64,000 nucleotides of DNA from Macrostomum lignano (lineage: Eukaryota): positions 1 through 64,000 of the forward strand of contig NIVC01003016.1 in assembly GCA_002269645.1 (NCBI GenBank), in the 5' to 3' direction. The notes beneath the pieces are model-generated. The model was not told the DNA's origin. It searched no databases and saw nothing but the letters and a program-made list of their open reading frames with translations. The first letter of the stretch is position 1. Each line of letters begins with the position of its first letter. Below, one piece after another: positions 53,330 through 64,000 of the stretch. The position numbers and the translations under genes are program-made.

Positions 53330-54988
53330 CTCCGCCTTCGAGTATCTGGAAAGCTGATTAGGCTAGAGATCCGATTCTTTCTGCAAAAGACACCGACTGG
53401 GGTGCTCTAATTATCTGTAGAGTCTCATATCTGAATCTACAGATACAGCTTGGCAGTTGCTGATTGATTTTTTTGGCTTTCCCTATTAAAATACATTAGA
53501 ATTTCTAGGAATCTCCGCTTTTGAATATCTGGAAAGCTGATTAGGCTAGAGATCCGATTCTTTCTGCAAAAGACACCGACTGGGGTGCTCTAATTATCTG
53601 TAGAGTCTCATATCTGAATCTACAGATACAGCTTGGCAGTTGCTGATTGATTTTTTTGGCTTTCCCTATTAAAATACATTAGAATTTCTAGGAATCTCCG
53701 CTTTTGAATATCTGGAAAGCTGATTAGGCTAGAGATCCGATTCTTTCTGCAAAAGACACCGACTGGGATGCTCTAATTATCTGTAGAGTCTCATATCTGA
53801 ATCTACAGATACAGCTTGGCAGTTGCTGATTGATTTTTTTGGCTTTCCCTATTAAAATACATTAGAATTTCTAGGAACCTCCGCTTTTGAATATCTGGAA
53901 AGCTGATTAGGCTAGAGATCCGATTCTTTCTGCAAAAGACACCGACTGGGATGCTCTAATTATCTGTAGAGTCTCATATCTGAATCTACAGATACAGCTT
54001 GGCAGTTGCTGATTGATTTTTTTTGGCTTTCCCTATTAAAATACATTAGAATTTCTAGGAATCTCCGCTTTTGAATATCTGGAAAGCTGATTAGGCTAGA
54101 GATCCGATTCTTTCTGCAAAAGACACCGACTGGGGTGCTCTAATTATCTGTAGAGTCTCATATCTGAATCTACAGATACAGCTTGGCAGTTGCTGATTGA
54201 TTTTTTTGGCTTTCCCTATTAAAATACATTAGAATTTCTAGGAATCTCCGCTTTTGAATATCTGGAAAGCTGATTAGGCTAGAGATCCGATTCTTTCTGC
54301 AAAAGACACCGACTGGGGTGCTCTAATTATCTGTAGAGTCTCATATCTGAATCTACAGATACAGCTTGGCAGTTGCTGATTGATTTTTTTGGCTTTCCCT
54401 ATTAAAATACATTAGAATTTCTAGGAATCTCCGCTTTTGAATATCTGGAAAGCTGATTAGGCTAGAGATCCGATTCTTTCTGCAAAAGACACCGACTGGG
54501 GTGCTCTAATTATCTGTAGAGTCTCATATCTGAATCTACAGATACAGCTTGGCAGTTGCTGATTGATTTTTTTGGCTTTCCCTATTAAAATACATTAGAA
54601 TTTCTAGGAATCTCCGCTTTTGAATATCTGGAAAGCTGATTAGGCTAGAGATCCGATTCCTTCTGCAAAAGACACCGACTGGGGTGCTCTAATTATCTGT
54701 AGAGTCTCATATCTGAATCTACAGATACAGCTTGGCAGTTGCTGATTGATTTTTTTGGCTTTCCCTATTAAAATACATTAGAATTTCTAGGAATCTCCGC
54801 TTTTGAATATCTGGAAAGCTGATTAGGCTAGAGATCCGATTCTTTCTGCAAAAGACACCGACTGGGATGCTCTAATTATCTGTAGAGTCTCATATCTGAA
54901 TCTACAGATACAGCTTGGCAGTTGCTGATTGATTTTTTTGGCTTTCCGTATTAAAATACATTAGAATTTCTAGGAATCTCCGCTTTTG
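53330..54988. repeat. Nine near-identical 183-bp tandem units
   Basis: TATCTGGAAAG recurs at 53343, 53526, 53709, 53892, 54076, 54259, 54442, 54625 and 54808. Confidence 0.97.
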
Positions 54989-56432
54989 ATCTATGACATC
55001 GACAATTAGAGCGCGCCATTGAATTTCTCGTAAAATTGTGATTGAATGCTAATGCAAATAAAGTAATTTTAATTCAGCTCATATTTAATTTAAATAACTT
55101 AATTTCAAAGCAAACGTTCTTCCTATTTGTCGTGTAATTTGCGGCCGCTTTGAGGCTTTGTCATTGGAGGATTCATCATGCGGCGGGGATGAGGTGGGGA
55201 ACAGTTAAGGGGTGTGGGGAACGAATAAAATTAATGAGCTATGTTAGACTGTGTTAGATTTCCCGCGGGGGATCTAATCAGACCAATAAGTCGACATCAC
55301 AGACCAATGAGTGTTCTGTAAATCTAAAAGATTGCTTGCTTCTTCCCGTGGCCCCAAGTGTTACTTGCATACATTCGTATTGGTGCAGTGAAGTAAAGGT
55401 CTTACAAAGCTGTTTGCTCATAGAGTAGTGTCCTATGCCCTACTTATAGTAGGCACAAGACAACACGTTTAAACTTCGGAAGACTAATAATGCATTATAA
55501 TGTACAACAAAATTCCAAGTCTGATTTTTACACGATGAAGAAGTCGATATTTCAACACCCTTGATTAAACCAGGACTCAAATTTCCCTATTTGCATCCCA
55601 GCTGCATAGCAACATATTTTCCCTTGGATACCATTGTTTCTATCACCTCAGCTGTTCCCATTAAGGATTATGATGTCCCAGATTGCACATTAAAGCGAAC
55701 TGACTACATTTTAAGCAAAGAAACGTATTCGTTATGCCATAATCGGCAAAATGCAATCAATAGATTTATCCATGACAAAGATCAATATCCTTAGTCAAGC
55801 ATTTGATTAACGAGTTCAAAATTTTAACAGCAGACAAGACGTTAAATTTCTATGCAACACTTTAAAATTTGCACTTTAAACAGCCAGTGCAGAAATAGTC
55901 GTATACAAGAAAAAATAATTTGTTACTATGCGGTTGGACTGCTAGGGTAACAAATTCACAAGGAGTCTGTTCGCCTGCAAGCCAAAATTAAATAAGGTTG
56001 GGGACTTTAGAGGTTTAATTTGGCCTAGACCGTTGTATTAAGAAGATACCTATTAGTAGGTAAAACATCATGAAATGAAATGACATAAAATGACCATTTA
56101 TCTAAAAAGTACCGATTCCAAAGCTCTATAAGTCTTTGAAGGCGACTCAAGTTACGCTTTTATAAGCCATATAAAATTTATTTGCCTGAGAAAGGCTAAT
56201 GCGCAGTTCATACTACTGAGTAGTATTCTGCATACATGTGGGTCGCCAATTAGGCTAACAGTCGAGTGCTTGGCGACCCGGAGGTTAGCCGACCCATTTT
56301 AGTACGCGGGCGCGACCAGGCGCATAACCTCTGATCAAGCGACCCTTTGGCGACCATGTCAAATTATTGATATTTCACTTCCTTAACCCCGAACTAACCT
56401 CAAACAGCCCGTTTTGAGTCATTTGGAGTACA

Positions 56433-59400
56433 TTAGTAGCAGAAAAAAAATTCGACCCGAAATACGACGGACAGCCGTCGCAACTCCGTCGCCGCGACCA
56501 TTTTTTTCCCATCGGGGTCAGCATCGCTGCCAACGGCGATGCGGCCTTTCTGCGGGTAGATGTTGAACAGCTTGGCGGCGTTGGCGGAGGTCACGGCCAC
56601 GAACTGGCAGGGGTCGATGGCGCCAGTTTCGACGCAGGTCTCCCAGACGACACTCAGCCGGTCCTCCACGCCGTTGATGCCGGGCGGGATTTTGCGGAAA
56701 TCGTCGCGGCCGAGCGCTCGCTGCTCGGATTTGTAGGCGCAGTGGCCGCTGGCGCACACGGCCAAAGGCTGGCCGCAGTTCAGGCCGCCTAGCCGGGCGG
56801 CTAAAGCGGCTTTGGCTGACGCGTCGCGCAGCGGGGGGTTGGTCACGTGACCGGCGGCGAAGCACCAAGAGGGGTGCTGCGGCGTGGGTTGGGGTAGAGA
56901 AGCGACTGTATGGGATGCAGATCCAAATCGCAGACTGTACATGCCTGACCATTAGAAAGTCAGGAGCCGCTGTACACCCTGAGTGAGCGTGTTTATGATT
57001 GCTGTGCCTGCGTACAGTATTGGCGAGCTATTATGCGCTCAGGAGTCAGTGGAATGGACACAAATGCCACCAGCGCAGATTGTGGGACGATGTCGCCGAG
57101 GGCATTGTGCCAGGCATTGCTCCCAGACTTTCAGTAATAACTGATCGCCTCACATCGAAAGTGTGCCTTTAATTGTCAGCAGCATGAATTCCTGACGGAC
57201 TGAGAACATATCTAACACGAGACTGCGTGCTGGGTCTTCTTGATGAAAACGGTACCCAAGGCCAAGAAGCGCCCCAGAGTTGTTACAGGTAACACGGGTA
57301 AAGTAGAAAAATATGTGACTCTAGAAGACTCTAAAACGACGAGGCCTTAGAGTCGTGTTTGAGGCGTTTTAGATTCGCTGCAGAATCACTTGAGTTGTGT
57401 GTGAAGCGCATCTACGTTGCTTGATGAATTAGAGTCACATCTCTAGCGAAAGATAGGCGCCAACAACAACATAACGGTTCTTGGACGACTTTTTTGCGAC
57501 TCTTTTTTACGATTCTGCAACTCAGGTGACGCACCAGTCGCCTCTCTGTCGCACGTGACGCGTCTGAGTAATTAAAGAGTCACAAGAGTCACAAGAGAGT
57601 TGTTTGCAATGAATTTTTAGCGATTATTGTCACGGTAACGCTTTCAACGGGTTTTGGCCGGGCGCATTGGCTCAATCTTACCTGGTAGACGGAATCGTCG
57701 CAGGCCAGAGCGGCCGGGCTGAGCTCGCCGAAGCAGGCCTGCCCGGTGGTGCGCCTGGCGCAAGCGATGGCGTCGGCAGCTTCAGGGCTGGTCACGGGCA
57801 GCACGTACAGCGGGCAATTAGCTGCATCGGCTATGCACAGGGCGCGTACAGTGGCTTCAACTTCCATTCGCTCCGGCCGGGAATAGGCATGGCCCTCAGG
57901 ACCGTAGATGCCCTGCGACATCAGCTGGTCAGCTTTGCGCTCGATTACCTGCGTGTAGTGTTATGTTAACTGGTCTGATCTGTATGCCTGCACCTGCCTG
58001 ATCTGTATGCCTGCACCTGCCTGATCTGTATGCCTGCACCTGCCTGATCTGTATGCCTGCACCTGACAGCGGCCTGCACCTGTCATAATCTCGACCCTTA
58101 ACACCCTGGTCTACCCTTGTCCGTTGACTATGTACGCCAGTCTATCGCATATGTCTATCGCTTATGCACACCTGTCTGTCACCAATGTACACCTGTCTAA
58201 CACATACGTACACATGTCTATCGCTTATGTACATACACCTGTCTATCGCTTATGTACAGCTATCAATTATTTACACCTGTCTATCGCTTATGTACACCTG
58301 TCTATCAATTATTTGCACATGTCTATCGCTTATGTACACCTGTCTATCAATTATTTACACATGTCTTGCTTATGTACACCTGTCTATCAATTATTTACAC
58401 GTCTATCGCTTATGTACACCTGTCTATCAATTATTTACACATGTCTTGCTTATGTGCACCTGTCTATCAATTATTTACACATGTCTTGCTTATGTACACC
58501 TGTCTGCCCTTCCAAATGGAACAATCTCCCTCACCTTGCCATTCTCGGCGTGCACCTGGGCAAGAGCGCCCAGCCTGCGGCAGGTCTCGAAGACGCTCAA
58601 CAATTCGTCGTCTTCTAGCAGCCAGACGCCCGGATACGACATGTGGCAGTGGAAAGCATTGACGCCGTGCTCTTTCACCAGGGCGGCCATCTCGTCGGCG
58701 GTCTTCTGGCCGGACCACTGCGGCACAACCACGCGCAGGCCGTAGTCGCAGCAGGCCTTTTCGTCAGCCCAGGCCCGATAGCGATTGAACCAGTCCACCA
58801 TGGAGGCGTCGCGCTCGCAGGCCACGGTGTCGATCACGGTGGTTGTGCCGCCGGCCAGAGCGGCTCGGGTTCCGGTGTAGAAATCATCGGCCGATTGGAT
58901 GCCCATGAACGGCATTTGAAATCGGGTGTGCGCGTCTATGCCGCCTGCAGCGAGTAGGTAAGGATAGTTAAGGTGGGTCAGGATAGCCCGAGAGGCCGAA
59001 ATGGGTCAGGATAGCCTGAGATGGGTCAGGATAGCCTGCGATGGGTGGGTCAGGACTGTCCGAGAGCCCGAGATAGGTCAGGATAGCCCGAGAGCCCGAG
59101 ATGGGTCAGGATAGCCCGAGATGGGTCAGGATAGCCCGAGATGGGTCAGGGTAGCCGGAGATGGGTCAGGATAGCCTGAGATGGGTCAGGATAGCCTGAG
59201 ATGGGTCAGAATAGCCTGCGATGGGTGGGTCAGGACAGTCCGAGATGGGTCAGGATAGCCCGAGATGGGTCAGGATAGCCTGCGATGGGTAAGTCAGGAC
59301 AGTCCGAGATGGGTCAGGATAGCCCGAGATGGGTCAGGATAGCCTGCGATGGGTAAGTCAGGACAGTCCGAGATGGGTCAGGAAAGCCCGAGATGGGTCA

Positions 59401-59722
59401 GGATAGTCTAGAAGGAGAATTGGGTCAGATTGGCAGAGTGGGTCAGATTGGCAGAGTGGGTCAGACATGTCATAAGTGATGAGGGCCAAGCCGAACTTGC
59501 TGGCATCACCAGCATGCCAGCAGCGTCGATGACCCGCACGCCGCCAGGTGTCATGAGGCCGCAGCCGACCTGCTTGATGAGGCCATCCTCAATGTACACA
59601 TCGGCATCCAGTACGCCGTCGTCGTTGACGATTCGGCCTCCTTTGATTAGCAATCGATTCTGTGCGGACTGCAGGTGCAACGGCACCTTCTTAATGCCTA
59701 CCTGAACCTTAGAGTCGTTCAT
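56433..59722 (-). CDS. CRMP: CRMP/UNC-33-type dihydropyrimidinase-related protein, 3'-truncated (possible pseudogene)
   Basis: Exons 59722-59500, 58944-58535, 57948-57682 and 56876-56517. Motifs KKVPLHLQSAQNRLLIKGG, GIDAHTRFQMP, AALAGGTT, QVHAENG, GPEGH..SRPE..E.EA, NGVEDRLSVVW, FVAVTS.NAAK.FN.YP.KGRIAVGSDAD. The frame then runs into the TIR and stops at 56433. Confidence 0.85.
57975..58505. repeat. Two adjacent minisatellites in CRMP intron 2
   Basis: 23-bp CTGATCTGTATGCCTGCACCTGC x4, then TGTCTATCGCTTATGTACACC/TGTCTATCAATTATTTACAC units. Confidence 0.9.
58972..59465. repeat. 20-bp minisatellite in CRMP intron 1
   Basis: GATGGGTCAGGATAGCCCGA units. Confidence 0.92.
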
Positions 59723-59904
59723 TGCTTTAAAAATAGTTGAATAAGATCATGAATTTTCAAGTTTGTAGCGGGCTGCCGTTATATATTAGCCATATTTATA
59801 TAAACAAAATACTATTAAAATCATTAGCAGCGCTATTTAAATGATTTCTACACTGCCGACTTAAGTGGGCAGGAAACACCGTTTCTTAGAAAACTTAAAG
59901 ACCG

Positions 59905-60145
59905 CCAAACCCAAGCCCAAACCAAATCCAAACCCAAGCCAAGCCAAACCCAAGCCCAAACCAAATCCAAGCCAAACCCAAGCCAAGCCAAACCAAATCC
60001 AAGCCAAGCCAAACCCAAGCAAAACCCAAGCCAAATCCAAGCCAAACCAAATCCAAGCCAAGCCAAATCCAAGCCAAATCCAAGCCAAGCCAAACCCAAG
60101 CAAAACCCATGCCAAATCCAAGCCAAACCCTAAACCTAGCAAAAC
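59905..60145. repeat. AAGCC/AAACC low-complexity repeat
   Basis: Direct inspection. Confidence 0.9.
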
Positions 60146-60854
60146 AGAAACCTAAATATTATTATTAAATATTAAATATTAAAATATTAAATAATTCAAT
60201 ATTATTATCTTGTCATTTTTGACGCTAATCCATATACTTAAAAGGATAAATTTCTATCTCTGCGGTGTAATTTTGCGTAAAGCCGGCCTTTTGTTAAAGA
60301 TTTTCTTAGAAACGAAGCCTCCCGTCCTTCTTAAGCCGTCTATAATTAATGAGTAATTAACTAGGTAAACAAAATTTATTAAGTAAAGACAAAAGTTAAA
60401 GGAAATAAAACCAAAGGTCAAGTTTTTTGTCTTTTCGTTCAAATTCAATATATGTATATTTTTTCGAAGTTCACAGCGCCAATGCTTAGTGCTGGTTATT
60501 GATCGGCCTTGCACGGTCAATTTAATCAGCATATAATAAGCAACCGCTTGCTTTTCGGGCAGCAATGCGAAACTGAAACGTCAAAATGAATGTATTATGG
60601 ATGAAAAAACAAGAAACGCTATACGCTCTCAGAGCGATGATGATAATTAGCGAGGCATCTGCTTGCGTTTTTCCTCATGTTCCTCACATTTCAAAGTCCA
60701 TATTATCTGCAAAACTTTAGCAATACTAACAGCGACACTAACAGGGAGAAAAACATAGAGACATTAAATTGTATCAACCATACAGTGGCTAACTACTAAT
60801 TACTCGTAGATAGATGTTATTCGTTTTTGTACATGCGATTTTTTACTATAGGTA

Positions 60855-62135
60855 GAATTGAGATTCCCTTATAGGTAGAATGGGGATTCCCTTACAGGTA
60901 GAATGGCGAATCCCTTACAGGTAGAATAAGGATTCCCTTACAATTAGAATGGGGATTCCCTCACAGGTAGAATGGCGAATCCCTTACAGGTAGAATAGGG
61001 ATTCCCTTACAATTAGAATGGGGATTCCCTCACAGGTAGAATGGCGAATCCCTTACAGGTAGAATAGGGATTCCCTTACAGGTAGAATGAGGATTCCCTT
61101 ACAAGTAGAATGGCGAATCCCTTACAGGGTAGAATGGGGATTCCCTTACAGGTAGAATGGGGATTCCCTTACAGGTAGAATGGGGATTCCCTTACAGGTA
61201 GAATGGGGATTCCCTTACAGGATAGAATGGGGATTCCCTTACAGGTAGAATGGGGATTCCCTTACAGGTAGAATAGGGATTCCCTTACAGGTAGAATGGC
61301 GAATCCCTTACAGGGTAGAATGGGGATTCCCTTACAGGTAGAATGGGGATTCCCTTACAGGGTAGAATGGGGATTCCCTTACAGGTAGAATGGGATTCCC
61401 TTACAGGTAGAATGGGGATTCCCTTACAGGTAGAATGGCGATCACTTTATAGATAGAATGGGGATTCCCTTACAGGTAGAATGGCGAATCCCTTACAGGT
61501 AGAATAAGGATTCCCTTACAATTAGAATGGGGATTCCCTCACAGGTAGAATGGCGAATCCCTTACAGGTAGAATAGGGATTCCCTTACAGGTAGAATGAG
61601 GATTCCCTTACAGGTAGAATGGCGAATCCCTTACAGGGTAGAATGGGGATTCCCTTACAGGTAGAATGGAGATTCCCTTACAGGTAGAATGGGGATTCCC
61701 TTACAGGGTAGAATGGGGATTCCCTTACAGGTAGAATGGGGATTCCCTTACAGGTAGAATGGCGATTACTTTATAGATAGAATGGGGATTCCCTCACAGG
61801 TAGAATGGCGAATCCCTTACAGGTAGAATAGGGATTCCTTACAGGTAGAATGGGGATTCCCTTACAGGTAGAATGGCGAATCCCTTACAGGGTAGAATGG
61901 GGATTCCCTTACAGGTAGAATGGGGATTCCCTTACAGGTAGAATGGGGATTCCCTTACAGGTAGAATGGGGATTCCCTTACAGGGTAGAATGGCGAATCC
62001 CTACAGGTAGAATGAGGATTCCCTTACAGGTAGAATGGCGAATCCCTTACAGGGTAGAATAAGGATTCCCTTACAGGTAGAATGGGGATTCCCTTACAGT
62101 AGAATGGGGATTCCTTTTGATGAATGGCGATTCCC
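60855..62135. repeat. 22-23-bp minisatellite
   Basis: GGTAGAATGGGGATTCCCTTACA units. Confidence 0.95.
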
Positions 62136-62787
62136 ATAACCGATTCCCGATAGATAGATACTTGGAAACTAATATAAGCAATTCTCAATGTAAGCCACAA
62201 GCACAGAGAGTTAAGCTCAAGACAAATAAATAAATTATTCCAAATCCTGCACAGCGAATGGATCAGCCAGTCGGACAGTCCGCACCAGGGTAATTATTAT
62301 TTGGCAAAGGATGGCCAGCCCTTATGCAATACTAAGCCAAACAAGCATTATAAACTAACAATTATAACTTGTCACTCGAGGCAGCCACGAAACCAAATTA
62401 GTGTTTAAGTGTAAGAACACATATACTAGTATACTGTAGAATAAACTAGATGTCACTCGCAAAAATTCGCTTATCTACTTCTTTGTCAGTAGTAAAATTA
62501 GCGTTTTAGCCTTAGCAATAGTCAAATTTAAAATCTATAAAAATTTTGAAACTGCAACAATCGACTCTGGCTTTTTACAAGCAAACCCCATTGAATGCCT
62601 CCGCCTCAGACGGTCTCCAACTCGAAGTTACTTAAAAAGAAAAAAATTTAAGACCGAAGATTGCAGGAAAACTTGTAAACCCCAAATCCAGTGCGTGGGC
62701 AAAGCGACAAAGAGAGAAAGGGGTGGCGCTCTAGCCGACAGATAAAACAGTTGGGATTTCCTCTTGCCCGCTTGACATTTAACCTCT

Positions 62788-63010
62788 GTTTTTCTGCTCT
62801 CTCATTGGCTAAGCTAGATTGGGCCTGCCCTAGACTGAGTTTCGTCCGTCTGACTTTGACTTCTCTCCTTACTGCTCTCTTATTGGCTAAGCTAGATTGG
62901 GCCTGCCCTAGACTGAGTTTCGTCCGTCTGACTTTGACTTCTCTCCTTACTGCTCTCTCATTGGCTGAGCTAGATTAGGCCTGCCCTATACTGAGTTTCG
63001 TCCGTCTGAC
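62788..63010. repeat. ~72-bp tandem repeat x3
   Basis: CATTGGCTAAGCTAGATTGGGCCTGCCCTAGACTGAGTTTCGTCCGTCTGAC repeated. Confidence 0.9.
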
Positions 63011-63754
63011 TTCGTCTGTCTAATCGAGTTAAATACTTGTTCATTCTTAACACCAGATGCTCCTAAGGTAAGAGAAAGGAATGGCAATTTTAGCTGCAAC
63101 AATTAAATCTAAGTGATACTGCGCAGACAACTACTGAAAAATGAGTAGACGCTCTGCTTTTTCACAACTTCAATTGCAAGTGACAACTAGTTTTCTGACA
63201 TTCCAGTATCTGGGATAAAAGATAAACATAATTAAATATGAAATGAAAATTTCAACACAAAAACAACGGAATTGAATTAAATGAAAACAACGGATTCGCA
63301 GAGCACGAGTATACTTATTAATGATGGCAGTTTTTGCAGAAGAGCGATTCAGTTAAAAAATCTTTGAAAATCTAATAAGCAATGATTTATACACAGACAT
63401 TTATTATTATAAGCGATTAGCGACTGTAATTAATACAAACATTCTAAATACACTGGCTTAGAACTGAATATATTTATTTATATTTAGCTCGTAACAAATG
63501 AAACAGGGAAAATATTAGTAAAAGTTGTAAATCTTTGCAGATAGAATACTAGGTGAACGCGATGTGCAAAATCCGAATTTTAGGATGGACAGAAGACATC
63601 GTTAGATTGATCTTTTACAATGACGGATCATGATTTTCCGAACTATTTTACAATTTACAGTAGCATTAACGTTTGACGCCAACATCACCAATCCTTTGAG
63701 GGTGCTTTGACTTGCATAATTTTGGTATTCACATAATGTGTTTGATTGGCGACA

Positions 63755-64000
63755 AGACTGATGATACTATTGGCGCCAAAACTGATGATACTGATGGCGC
63801 CAAAACTGATGTTACTGATGGCGCCAAAACTGATGTTACTGATGGCGCCAAAACTGATGTTACTGATGGCGCCAAAACTGATGTTACTGATGGCGCCAAA
63901 ACTGATGTTACTGATGGCGCCAAAACTGATGTTACTGATGGCGCCAAAACTGATGTTACTGATGGCGCCAAAACTGATGTTACTGATGGCGCCAAAACTG
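63755..64000. repeat. 24-bp minisatellite (runs off the window)
   Basis: ACTGATGGCGCCAAAACTGATGTT units. Confidence 0.95.

Larger units (their letters stand above)
46344..56516. mobile_element. ~10.2-kb non-autonomous TIR element, EnSpm/CACTA (CMC)-like
   Basis: Left CCCGGTGGGAAAAAAATGGTCGCCGCGACGG; right (rc) CCCGATGGGAAAAAAATGGTCGCGGCGACGG. Subterminal CGACGG/CCGTCG and GGTCGC/GCGACC repeats at both ends; no transposase recognised; flanks do not rejoin. Confidence 0.65.

Noticed and set aside
55561-55794. Candidate transposase fragment inside the TIR element
   Set aside because: No DDE, Tnp2/TnpD or other recognisable motif.
62940-63020. Hammerhead-like GGACGAAAC...GUC/GUA on the - strand of the 72-bp repeat
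   Set aside because: No CUGANGA at the required position and no stem I partner.

Overview
Repeat-rich eukaryotic (animal) genomic DNA with spliceosomal introns; GC-rich exons and minisatellite-filled introns suggest a flatworm such as Macrostomum (inference). From 6.8 to 30.6 kb, four spliced housekeeping genes lie head to tail on the + strand: MTPAP-like poly(A) polymerase, C7orf25/UPF0415, a motif-degenerate NAXD/CARKD, and UTP3/SAS10, the last with a 6.2-kb satellite intron. The 32-46 kb region is accessory. It holds a decayed Penelope-like retroelement flanked by minimal hammerhead ribozyme motifs set in (CT)n, an inverted duplication of an F-type lectin gene plus an orphan exon, tRNA-derived SINEs and a Gypsy remnant. 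A ~10.2-kb TIR element (46344-56516, EnSpm/CACTA-like by inference) carries a spliced DUF4806-like pseudogene, and its right end cuts off a CRMP/UNC-33-type gene (- strand, 56.4-59.7 kb) in mid-exon. Most long ORFs in the ORF track are translated tandem repeats, not genes. Family assignments come from recalled motifs, not database searches.
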